Source of the DNA: a virus
IMG/VR virus record: IMGVR_UViG_3300034061_006808
Span: 4,336 to 68,335 of that record
Length of the DNA: 64,000 bases
Direction: 5' to 3' (one strand)
The notes beneath the pieces are model-generated. The model was not told the DNA's origin, did not search any database, and saw only the letters and a list, made by a program, of their open reading frames with translations. Every line of letters begins with the position of its first letter. Position 1 is the stretch's first letter. A program made the translations under genes and the position numbers. Shown one piece after another: positions 9,065-20,400 of this stretch.

Positions 9065-11413
9065 ATGGCAAAGAAAACCAAATCCAGCGGAACCAATTTC
9101 ACGGGCTCGCCCAAGCCTCCACTTGAAAACCCTACCAACCCGCCGCCATCTACTGCTCCCCAGCCACCAACCGGTAATCGGCCAGCCACCAGCGGCCCAC
9201 TTACGGGCACTCCAGAGCCGCTCTGGGGTGGATCTACGCGCGGTCCCGAAAGCCTTCGCTGGCTAGAGTGGGCAAGGCAGAATGGAGCCACTCGACCTAG
9301 CCAAGTCGGAAGCCGCCCACCCGTGCGTCCAAGCAATACCGCCGGAGGAGGGAACAGACCTAGGACCACCGGTCCTGAATCACTTGGAACAACTTATTGG
9401 CAAAAAGCCGGATTTCCAACTGCTATGGATTATTGGAGAGCCAATCCTAAATCCGCTCCAGCCGCAGTTCAACGACAACTTGGTTATTTGCCAGACTACC
9501 AAATGGTAGAAAATCAAACGTCTTATAGTAATAAAGGAGATTATACTATTATTCGGCAAGGCGACACTTTAATGAGGTATAAGAACAACCCGTTAACAGG
9601 GAAGCCTGACGGAAAAGAACCCGGCGAAGCTGTATTGCAATACGGCAAGCCAAGCTTTTCGGCAAACAACAGCAGCCCGATGCCCACCGGCCCTGCCTCT
9701 GGATTTACTCCTGGGTCTAACATTTTCCAAGGCGGCGCGAACAATCGTGTAGAAGTTTTGCCCGCTGGCGGCCCTATAAAGCCAGGAGGACGCCCCCCTA
9801 TTAACGGTGACCGGAACGATCCGTACATGGAACAACAAAGGAAGAAACCCGCCGACAATTTTACAGGCAAATCGCCTTACGCTCGAACCACGCCAGAGGA
9901 AGCATGGGCGCTAGAAAAGGCGGCAGCCAGCGGAGACAAGAAAGCGAAAGCCGAAATCAGTATTCGGCTTCAAACAAAAGACGAAACTGGAAACCACACA
10001 TTGAGCATGTCACGCCCCGCGCTGGATCGGCTCCATGGAAAGACCGATTCCCCTGGTATTAGGGAAGCGGCAGAGTTGGCAAAAGCATCGGGCGTTTCCC
10101 AAGGAGGGGCGGGTATTTTTCAAGGAGGGGCTAACAATAATGTAGAACAGCGTCCATCAGGAGCGGCTGGGAAAGCGGGTTACTCCCCGGAGGACGCCAA
10201 GCGTTACGCCCAGCGTGAAGCGGATATCAGAAAAATACAGAATTCAAAATCCTACACAAACGAGCAACCTAACAATCTCACATTTCAATCTTCGCCAAAA
10301 CAAATCAACGATCTGGCTGCTGATGCCATGAAAAAAGGAGCGGCAGGGGAAAAAGCTAGAGCCGCGCTAACCCAACGCGCCGCTGCCGGCGATCCTCAAG
10401 CCGCTAACACGCTTCAAACCCTGAACTCTCGTCCAGACGCTCAACCGACCCAGTCCAACGCTGGCGACCTCTACACTCGCGCCTTGCAAGCCCCCACCTT
10501 GGCCGAGCGCAACGACGCCACAAAACAACTTGCCGATATTGCAATGTCCGGCAACCCAGAAGCCCGCGCCATGGTGGATAAAATTCGCAGCGCAGGCACA
10601 AAGCAAGCCTCTTCCCGCCCCTCCAGCGGAGCAAACACTCCATCCTCCGACGCCAGCCAGCCCCGACAGCCATCTAGGATCATTCAACCAACAAGCAGCC
10701 AGAACCAAAACATTTCTGCAAGCGGATCTGGCCCCCGCAAAGAACCCACTGCTGGAGAAATGGCAGCTGAAATCGACAAGCAAAACCGCGCAAAAGAAAT
10801 GGCGGCAGCCGCAGCGAAGGCCAGAAGCCCGGAAGCAATTCGTGAACGGCAAAATCAGCACGCGCAAAATCAAATTAAACTCGCACAAGATGCCCTTCGT
10901 GCAAATCCAAATAACCCTAAGACCCAAGCTGACGCACAAAAACAAATTAGCGCCGCAATGCAAACGCTTCAAAACAATCAGCAAGCTGGCGGCAAAAAAG
11001 GTGGCGGTGGCGGTGGCGGTGGTGGTCGTCGCGGCGGCGGGTCGAAGCAGCCGCCCCTCACTGCCAAGCAGCGCAACCAGATGGCCGATGATTTGGCATC
11101 GAAGCGCGCAGAACAAGCAGACAGAAGAGCGGAGATGGAGCAAAAAATGAAAGAAGGCCGAGGGCTGGAGACGGAAAACTCCAAAAAGTTCTGGGAAGAT
11201 TACAATAAAAAGAAAGCGGAAAGAGAGAAAGAAAAAGAAAACACACCGACTCCGAAACCAGACTTAGGCCCAGATATAGGGATGCCGGATACCTCCGTTC
11301 CTGGCACATCCTGGGGGCCGACATCTTCGTCTGCCTCCCAAGGAGGCTCTGGCGGCGAAAAGTCGGGCGCGCTGCTAGGTTATTTGCGTAGAAAAAAACT
11401 GGGACTGGCTTAA
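9065..11413 (+). CDS. Large low-complexity protein with internal repeats; putative internal virion protein
   Basis: 782-aa ORF; IFQGGANN twice, GPESL twice, several AxxG[DN]xxA motifs, a poly-Gly tract. Confidence 0.75.
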   Translation: MAKKTKSSGTNFTGSPKPPLENPTNPPPSTAPQPPTGNRPATSGPLTGTPEPLWGGSTRGPESLRWLEWARQNGATRPSQVGSRPPVRPSNTAGGGNRPRTTGPESLGTTYWQKAGFPTAMDYWRANPKSAPAAVQRQLGYLPDYQMVENQTSYSNKGDYTIIRQGDTLMRYKNNPLTGKPDGKEPGEAVLQYGKPSFSANNSSPMPTGPASGFTPGSNIFQGGANNRVEVLPAGGPIKPGGRPPINGDRNDPYMEQQRKKPADNFTGKSPYARTTPEEAWALEKAAASGDKKAKAEISIRLQTKDETGNHTLSMSRPALDRLHGKTDSPGIREAAELAKASGVSQGGAGIFQGGANNNVEQRPSGAAGKAGYSPEDAKRYAQREADIRKIQNSKSYTNEQPNNLTFQSSPKQINDLAADAMKKGAAGEKARAALTQRAAAGDPQAANTLQTLNSRPDAQPTQSNAGDLYTRALQAPTLAERNDATKQLADIAMSGNPEARAMVDKIRSAGTKQASSRPSSGANTPSSDASQPRQPSRIIQPTSSQNQNISASGSGPRKEPTAGEMAAEIDKQNRAKEMAAAAAKARSPEAIRERQNQHAQNQIKLAQDALRANPNNPKTQADAQKQISAAMQTLQNNQQAGGKKGGGGGGGGGRRGGGSKQPPLTAKQRNQMADDLASKRAEQADRRAEMEQKMKEGRGLETENSKKFWEDYNKKKAEREKEKENTPTPKPDLGPDIGMPDTSVPGTSWGPTSSSASQGGSGGEKSGALLGYLRRKKLGLA

Positions 11414-11425
11414 TTCCCGCAATCG

Positions 11426-14400
11426 ATGAATTACCTCAATCAAAAACTCCAGCGTGCCATGCAGGGTCGGGACGCCGGGGGGATGCAGGAAGTTGCCAGC
11501 CAAGCCGCCAAATTCGGTTCGCGCGACATCATGCGCCAAGCCGAGCGCGGGCTGCGCGAGATGCAGAAGGAGCAGGAGCGCGCCCAGCGAGACATGGTGC
11601 GCGCCCAGCGGGATGCCGAGCGGGCCGCCCGCCAGCAGGCGCGCGACACCGAGCGTGCCGCTCGCGAGCAAGCGGGGCAATTCAAAGGCGATGCTGTTGC
11701 ATTTTTCACTCAAGGCAGCGGATCGTCCCGAAAAGTCATCCCCATCACCGCTCCTTCGGGCGGCGTGATGCGCAAGTGGGGCAAGAGCGGCGTGCTGTGG
11801 GACAGCATCACCGGCAAAGCCTACGCGATGGACCCCTCCACGCGCGGCATGACCGAGATCGATCCCGACAAGGATGGCAAGATCGTGGTGAAGGACGGCC
11901 ATGTTTACAAGGTGGTCGAAGGTCTCCCGTGGAAATGGGTGGGGCTGGATTCTGATAAACTCGGCACCGATCCCGCGCTGGCCAAGGAACTCGCCGCCAA
12001 GACCGCCGATGCCAAGCGCGAGGCCGATCAAGCCAGCGACAAGGCATCGGCCACCAGAAAACTTCTTTCCGACAACGAAAAGCGCATCAAGGCTCTGGAA
12101 AAAGAAGAACTCCGAGCCACCGGCGACGAGCGCCTGCGCATCACCAACGAAATCGCCGACCTCAAGGGCAAAAACAAGGTCTATGCCGAGCGCTTGGAAC
12201 TCGAACAGATCGATGCTCACAAGAAAAACGCCTACCGCCAGCAGGTCGAAAGCGCAAACGACTCGCAGCTAGCCGCCAACCTCGCCGAGCGCCAGAAGAT
12301 GGCCTACACCGGCGACATGAAGGGCGGCCTCGGCCTCCAAAGCGCGCTCGACCGCATTTCCCAAGCCCAGCAGAACGCTATCAAATACAGCGGTAATCCC
12401 GCCGACGATATATTCAATTCAATTACTGCTGGTGCAGAGAGCATGTTAAAAAACATGCAAGCGCAGGATATAGCTTTTTCAAACGCTTGGAACAAAAACA
12501 TGGTCGACCGCGCGATGGACGAGGCCATCGCCATGGGCAACCAGAAAGCCCGGAACGCCTTCTGGGACGACCTCCGCGCGCTCGACGCGAAGGCCAGCAT
12601 CAAGCTCACCGGCACGAACGAAAAGGGCAAACCTACCGGCATGCTCGCCGATCCGCGCCTTTCCTCCGAGGTCAAAACCAAAATCCAAGACTTCATCAAC
12701 AAAACCGGTCTCACCGAGATCCCTCGCTCTTGGATGACGCCCGAGGCGCAGGAAGCCCGCGCCAACGCCAAGCAATTCGGCTACTTCGATGTGAGCCTGC
12801 CCAAGGACTTCTCGCTCAAGAACGGCGCGATCACCACCACCCGCGACGAGCAGTCCAACCTCTGGGGCATCCCCATGCCATGGACCAAGAAGGGCGATCC
12901 CGTGGATGTCGGCACCTACAAGTTCGACAACAACGGCGTGCCCTTCATCGAACTCAACCGCGAGAACCGCCTCTCGCCCTCGCAGTTGAGCGGCAATCCC
13001 TTCGACGGCGTGAAGGAATACCTGCCCATGCCCACCGAGTGGACCGAGCAGTTCAAGCCCACCAAGCCCAGCGACTTTTCCCTCTCCATGCTCCCAGCCG
13101 ACAAGCGCAAGGAGGTGATGGATAATTACAAAAACGAACTCTCCAGCTACCAGCAGACCGCCAAGGACGCCTGGGCGGGCCAGAAGATGGATGCCGAGCG
13201 TTTCAACGATGTGCTCACCCGCTGGAGCGTGGCCTCGCCCGAGCAACGGCAAGAGATGATCGCGGAGCTTGATCCCCGCCAAGCAAAGTTGCCCGCCAGC
13301 GAGCGCCGCCTCGATACCCGCTCCATGTTCGAGGCTGGAGCCATCAGCACACAAGAAGCACGCCTGCTGGAAAAATCCTTCTACGGCACCGATCCCGCCA
13401 TGCCATCGATGAACGAGGCGTTTGAGGATTGGAAGAAAACCACACCCGCTGGCAAGGAATTCACTCAAAAATACAATGCGATCGGTAGCGACAAGAGCGC
13501 TGGGCTTTTCTCATTTCTGCCACTTCCCGGAGGACTTTCAAAACTTATCGGAGCAGTCGGAGATGCCGACGCCCTTGCTCGAAAGACCACTTTTGAGGCC
13601 GATGCCAAGCAGGAGTTTTTGACCGACTTCTACAAAGAAAACTCTCGCCGCGTGGATTTCAGCGATGCCGCGTTCACGGCAAGCCGCAACGAGATATTAA
13701 AAGATGTGCCCCTCTTTGAGTGGGCCAACAAAGGGCTTTTTGATATTTACAACAGCACGGCTGGATCGGCCATTGGAATCCTCGGCGGAGCCGGGGCGCT
13801 TACGGGCGATTGGCTCTACAACAAAGTGACAGGCGACAACCTGCTCTCCGACCAAGCCAAGCAACTCATCGGCAGCCAGACGATGAATTCCCTGCGCAAT
13901 ATGTCCGCAGCGGTATCCGATCGCATCGAGCCTTTCATTAAAACGGGCGCTCTGCTTTCCCCCGGCACAGCCATCAACTCCTTGGCGATGGGTGCCCTTG
14001 ATCCCAATGCCCCCAAAGACCTCTGGACTGGCAAGACCGCAGGCCAACTCAACCGCGCTTGGGACAGCTACATTTCCGATATCGATAACGGCACTTTGAC
14101 GCAAGCCAGAGCGAGGGAGCATGAAGCAAAGATCAGCAAGCTCACCGAGCAATTTTCCTCCATGCGCGCCGCCGCCTCCGGCTGGATGGGATCAACCGGA
14201 CTCGAAGACGGCGCGGGCTACCGGATGACCTACGAGAACAGCTTCAATGATCCGCGCTCGGCCATGGCGCAATTCTCTGCCGCCTACCAACAAACCCGCG
14301 ATCCACGGCTTGCCGCACAAGCTCGGAGCGCCTCCTTCAGCAGCCAATCCGAACTGGAAATCCAGCGCGCCGCCTCCGACTACGCCACGGCCAATGGCAC

Positions 14401-17400
14401 CATCACCGAGTCCACGCCCTTCGGCGGGTTTACAAGCTCTATTCGCGGCGGCTTTGTCGCCCCGCTCACCGAATATGCCATCGAAATCGGAACCAACCTG
14501 GCGGGATTTGCCTCGGGCGGCGTCCTCTTCGGAGCCAAGGCGCTTGGCACAGCCACACGCGTGGGATCGACACTCAACAAAGCCGCTGGAGCCATCTCGA
14601 CTTTTGAGAAGCTTGGAGATGCCACGGCGGATGCGTTTCGCAACCTCGGCAAAATCGACCGCGCTCCCGGCACTACGCTCACCGCAGGCCAGCGCGCTTG
14701 GAACACCAGCGTGGACATGGCCAAGCAAGTGGGAGTTTCCGGCGGCGGCGAGTTTTTTGAAGAGGGCGTAGCGGCCTTCGGCGAAGCCGGGGCATCTTTT
14801 GGAGATGCGATCAACCAAGGCATCAGCGGCTTTTTTGGAGGCGTTGGAATGTCTGCCGTTCACGCAGCAGGCGGCGCGGCATTAAGCGCTGTGCAGCAAA
14901 TCCGAAGCGAGCAAGCTCAAAACAAGGCGCTCACAAAGTTTGTTTCCGATTACAACAAGCAAAACAACACAGGCACGCCACTCTCAATGGATGTCGCCAA
15001 GCAGGCTCAAGGCTACCAATCCCCGCAAATGGTCGCCATGCTCAACAGCCAGCGTAAAGACCTCATCATCCAGCTTTCCGATGTCAACAATGCAATCCGC
15101 GCCACGCCAAACCCCCGCATCGTTCCAGGAGCGCTTGCATACACGCCCAACCCCAAGCGCGTCGGATTACTGAAAGAAAAAGCCCGCATTGAAAATGCGC
15201 TGGCATCCAACCTTCTGGATACCGCTGCCATTGGAGAACAAAGCGTGCGCGCCGCGCAGGAAATCAACAGGCTCCCACAAGTCCAGCGTGATGTGATCGA
15301 TGCCGCCCTACGCGTCGCCAATGGCGTTCCCCTCTCTGTCGATCAAGAGACAATTCTCACCAACCACACCACGCCTTCCGGCAAGCCCGCCGTCACCAAA
15401 TTCGGCGACGACTTCGTGCTCACCGACGATTTCCGCGAGGAGATCAAACAAGCCGCCCCGCAGACCGCCAAGGCCCCCGCCCTTCGCAAGACCCAAGCCG
15501 AGCGCGATGCCGAACTCCGCGCCAAGTATGGCGGCATCTATCGCATGATCAATGGCCGCCCCGTGTTCATTGCCGATAAAAAACCCGCCACTCCCCAGCA
15601 ACCCGCCCAACCCGCAGGCCAAGCACCCGCTCCGATCCAGATCGATACCTCCAACATGGTGCCGCCAAGCAACATGGCGAACCAGCAACCTACTAACAGG
15701 GAAAATCCGCAAAATTCGGAGATAGTAGGTTCCACCCCGACTCAAACCGCTCCAGCGCCGAATGTTCCTGCGCCGAATACGCCTTCCGCGCCCACCCCGC
15801 CCGTCAGCCAATCCTTCTCCACGCCAGACGGCGAGCAAGTCACCGGCACCTTTGAGAAGCAACCCGATGGCAACTGGCAGCAAACCAGCCCCGAGGCTCC
15901 CACCTTCACGGTCACGCCTTCCGACACGCAGTTCTTCCAAACCCTCGAAGACAAAGCCGCCTACGCGCTCAACCCGCAAATGCCTTCGCCAGTCCAGCCC
16001 GGTGAGTTTGGACAAGAAGGCTACACGGCCCTCACGCCGGATCAACAACCCCAAGGAGGTGACTCCACCAATGAAAACCAGTTGCAGCAGCAAACAGGCC
16101 AAAACGCCGCCGCGCCCGATGCCCAAGCAGGCACCGCGCCCGATGCCGATGCCCAGAGCGTCGGGACGGGGCCGGTAGTTGATACACCCACCCAGCCCGC
16201 CGGATCACAGCCCGATGGAGCCTCAGACGCTCTCCCCCCTCCACTCCCCGAGCCTGATCCGGCGGATGTCTTTTCCCAACCCGTCAACCGTGGCACGGCG
16301 CTCCTCATGCTTCAGACCGCCTCGCCTTGGGTCACGAACACGCCGCTTGTCGTGCGCAGCCAGAGGTTTTTCCTTAACGAAAAAGGCACTCGCGCCATCA
16401 CCCAGGAGGAATTCACCGCGCTTCCTGCCGATCAGCGCCAAGAGTGGAGCCCTAACGACACGCCGATGTTTGTTTCCAACGGGCGCATCCACATCGATGA
16501 AGCGGCCTTCACCGAATACATTAACTCGGTTGTCCCCGAGGCCCGACAGGAAAAAATCCAAGCCGCCCTGCGCGAGGAAGTCATCCATGTCGCCACTTTG
16601 AACGCCCGCAAATGGGACAAACTTTCCGAAGACTGGCGCAACCTCCCCGACGAAGCCAAGAAGCGCGTCATCGAGACCTACTACACCGATGCGCTGGCCG
16701 AGGCGGGCGGCGACTGGACCCAAGTCGAAGTCAACGCAGGACAAGCCGCCAGCGAATTCTGGCGTATGTATCTCAATAGCATTTTGGATGGCCGAACCAC
16801 CGAGCAGATCGACATCGACGGCGAGGTATCCCGTTACGCCGCGCAAAACCCCGGCTTTGCCGCTCGCATCAAGCAAGCCCTCGAAGACATCGCCCGCTGG
16901 CTGCGCGACGAATTTCTTGGCCAACTTGATCCCGACACCCGCGCGAAATACGAATCTGTTGCCGAGACAATTGAAAAAAAGATCGCGGAACTGGAAGCCC
17001 TCTACGGCATCACCACGCCCGCTTCAGCCGAGAACCAAGCCGCCAGCGCGATGGATGCCGCAGAGCCTGTGGCCAACGCCCCGCCCGCGCCTGTGGATAC
17101 CCCCGCCGCCGAGACAGCCCCGCTTGCCCCACTTCCCGAGAAAGCCGCGCCGCAGAATCAAGCCTACATTCCGAAACCCGCGAAAGGTTATCGCAAGTGG
17201 CGCGGAGAGGCCGTGTTTTCTTCGCTAAACAGCGCCGCAGCAGCCTTTGGCTACAAGATCGTGGATACAGGCATCGCCTCGCCATACACGGCCTTTGGCG
17301 AAACGATCAACTACGGCACCCAGCTTTACGACAAGCTCGAACCTGGATCCGAACTCGGCCAATGGATCGATGCCATGAACGCAGGGAAAAACCCCGCAGG

Positions 17401-20400
17401 CAACGCCATCATCCAAGCCGCCAGCGAGCCCGGCCTGCACCGCGTGTGGTATGGCCACGACGCCATCACCAATCTTGACAATGTGGTGGCCGAATTTGGC
17501 TGGGGCGCGGTGCCGGAATTCATCGGCCAGCTTCTCAAGGATTTCACCACGAAAAGCGGGCTTCCCTTCCCCGGAGTGGAACTTCTCGTCCAAGGCGGCG
17601 CTGTTTCAGACCGCTTCGCCACGGACTGGTTGAGCACGAACATTGGCGAGGTCTTTGGAGCAGGCTTCTCTTTCCTCGGCACCTACCGCCTCGCCCGTGC
17701 CGCCAAGAGTGGTCGCTTGAGCAAACCTCAAGTGATCTTCGCCACGGTGGGCATTGGCCTCAAACTCGTCTCCGGTGCGCTCACCGCCCAGCCGTTCCTG
17801 ATCCTCTCCGGGCTGGCCGACACGGCAATCCTCCTTACGAACCTCGACCAGGTGAAAGCCGCCTTCAAGAAAGGCATCGAGGAATACAACAAAAAGCCCA
17901 AGGCCGTGCGCGACCTCTACGATCAAGTCGCCCCGCCGCAGTTCGCCTTTTCTCCCAACACCACCAACGCCCCACCCATACCGCAGGATGGACAAGAGGT
18001 TAAGTCGCTAGGCTCATATCCTGGAGACGCGGGTTCAATTCCCGCTCCTGCTACCCCCGTGGAGACCGCCGAGGCTCTTCCACCGCCGCTTCCGCCCATC
18101 GAGGAAACGCCGGGCATCACCGAACCTATCCCCGAACCTATCCCCGAACTTTCCCCCGAAGGAAATGTGGAAAGCGAGACCGAAGCCACGCCGCCGCCGT
18201 TACCCGACGAGCCGGTTGCCGCCGTGGAAACAAATGTTCCAACTCCGCAGGCTGCCGCCACGGTGAAGCTCAAAGACGCCGCCGAAGCCCTCGGCCTGCC
18301 CGTGAAGGAAGTGCTGCGCCTCACCAAGGCCCATGTCCCCGGCAATCCCCGCACGCTCGAAGGCGAGAAGCGCGGGAACAACTGGTTCTTCGCCCCCGAG
18401 GAGATCGCCCGCTTCCAAGCCGACCGCGACTCTCTCGCCTCGCCGAAGCTGGAGAAACTCCAAGCCGTGGCGAGCAACACGGCCACCGACGAGGACTTTG
18501 CCGAACTCGCCAAAGATGGTTTGGTGGAGACCCACCGAGGCGAGCGCGTGATTACCAATAAAGGCTACGACCTCATGGCCAAGGCTGGCACACCGCCCCG
18601 CCTTACCCGCAAGGAGCGCATCGAGGAGATTGATGCCCAACTCGGCCCCGTGGAGAAACCCCTCGACCTCAACCCCCGCGTGAAGAAGGTCGGCAAGCTC
18701 TATGTCGTGCGCCAACCCTCCGGCGACTCCATTCCCGCCAATGTGAGCATGGCCGACGACCGCGCCGCCCGCGAGGAGGCCAACCGCATCGCTGCGGAGT
18801 TTGATCGCATCGACGCCGAGCGCGAAGCCGCCCTCGAAGCCCAGCGTGCCGAGGAAAAATCTCGCCGCGAAGCCGAAGAAGCCCTCGAAGCCGATCAGGA
18901 ACTCGCCCCCAAGTTCCAAGCCCTGCTTTCCAACACCCTTTACGACTACCGCAAGGCCCGCGAGCGTGGCGCTTCCAACCCCGAGGCCGAGGAGGCATTC
19001 ACCCGCCAACTCGTTGCCATCGGCAAAAAACTCGGCATGCGCAACCTGCACCCCGGCTTGCTCGCCATGCACTTGGTGCGCCCGCCAGTCGGCCCGCTCT
19101 TGGTCAAACAAGCGCAGGCGATCAGCGGCGTGCAAGAGATGTTGCAGGATGCCACCCGCGAGATCGCTCCCGGCACGCTTTCCTTGCGCGAGGGGCTTTC
19201 CAGCCCAGCCGGTTTCCTTGGCCTCGACCAGTCGCCGCTTTCATGGGGCCAGATGATCCAATTGGGCGCGCTCACCTACGAAGCGCTCCCCAATGGCAAC
19301 CTGCGCATCCGCTCGGGCAAAACCCCCGAAGACATCAAGGCCGATCAATCCGATACCGCCGCGCAGGAATACTACGACCAACTCAAGACCGAAACCGAAG
19401 AAGCCGCCATCGAGATGGAGCGCCAATCCAGCCCCACCGGCTACGAGCTTCTCGACGCCGTGGTGGAAGCCGGTGGCCTCCCCTCGCCCAAGAGCCAAGC
19501 CGCAGAGTCCCATCGCGGCGAATTGAAGCTCCTTTACGAGGGCGCGGCAGCCACAGGGCGCGGAGCCTACAAAGGCAAAGCGATCACCAATTTCCAGCGC
19601 AACAAACTCTTTAGCCGGGATGCCCAAGACCTCGACAGCCTCGCCGCCCGCCTGCGCGAGCATGGGTTTGCCGTGGAGACACCCAGCGATGTGCTCGACC
19701 TCATCGATCAACGCCTCACCTCCGGTCGCCCGATGTATGGCACGGCGGTGAGTATCGACGACGGCATGGGCGAGCGCTTCGCCGCCACCAAGCCCCGCGT
19801 GCGCCTCGCGAATGCCGAAGTCACCACCGAGCCTGGCATCCTCTTCGTCAAACGCGCCCACCACGGCACGCCGCACAAAGTGGATCGGTTCAGCCTGGAG
19901 AAGATCGGCTCCGGCGAGGGCGCGCAGGCTTATGGCTGGGGGCTGTATTTTGCGGAAAATCAAAGCGTTGCCGACGATTATAGGAATAACCTTTCAGACG
20001 GAAGACCGTTGTTGAAAGTGGACGGCCAATGGAAAGCTCCATCGGCAAGCGACCCATTAAGCATGGCCGCATTCGATGCGGCGCAAAAAAACTTTGACTA
20101 CGAACAGCTTCAAAAAGAAGCCGAGGAAAATGTTGCTTACTGGACAAACAAAACTCCAAACAAGAATTTTTCAAAAGAAGACTTGGCGGAATCCGCGAAA
20201 CAAGCCCGCGAACGACTTGAAGCAATAAAAGAACTTCGCAGTAAAACCCAAGACGCTCCGTTGGATATTTCTGTGGGAGGCAACCTCTACACCGTAGACC
20301 TCGATGTCGAACCGGAAGACATGCTCGATTGGGACAAGCCGTTGAGTGAGCAGAGTGAGAAGGTGCAGGCTGCACTTGCGGAGATGAATCCAGATTATCG

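Noticed and set aside
18120-18149. 12-bp tandem repeat CCGAACCTATCC, and the poly-Gly GGT/GGC run near 11000
   Set aside because: In-frame low-complexity linker repeats; no sign of a phase-variation role.
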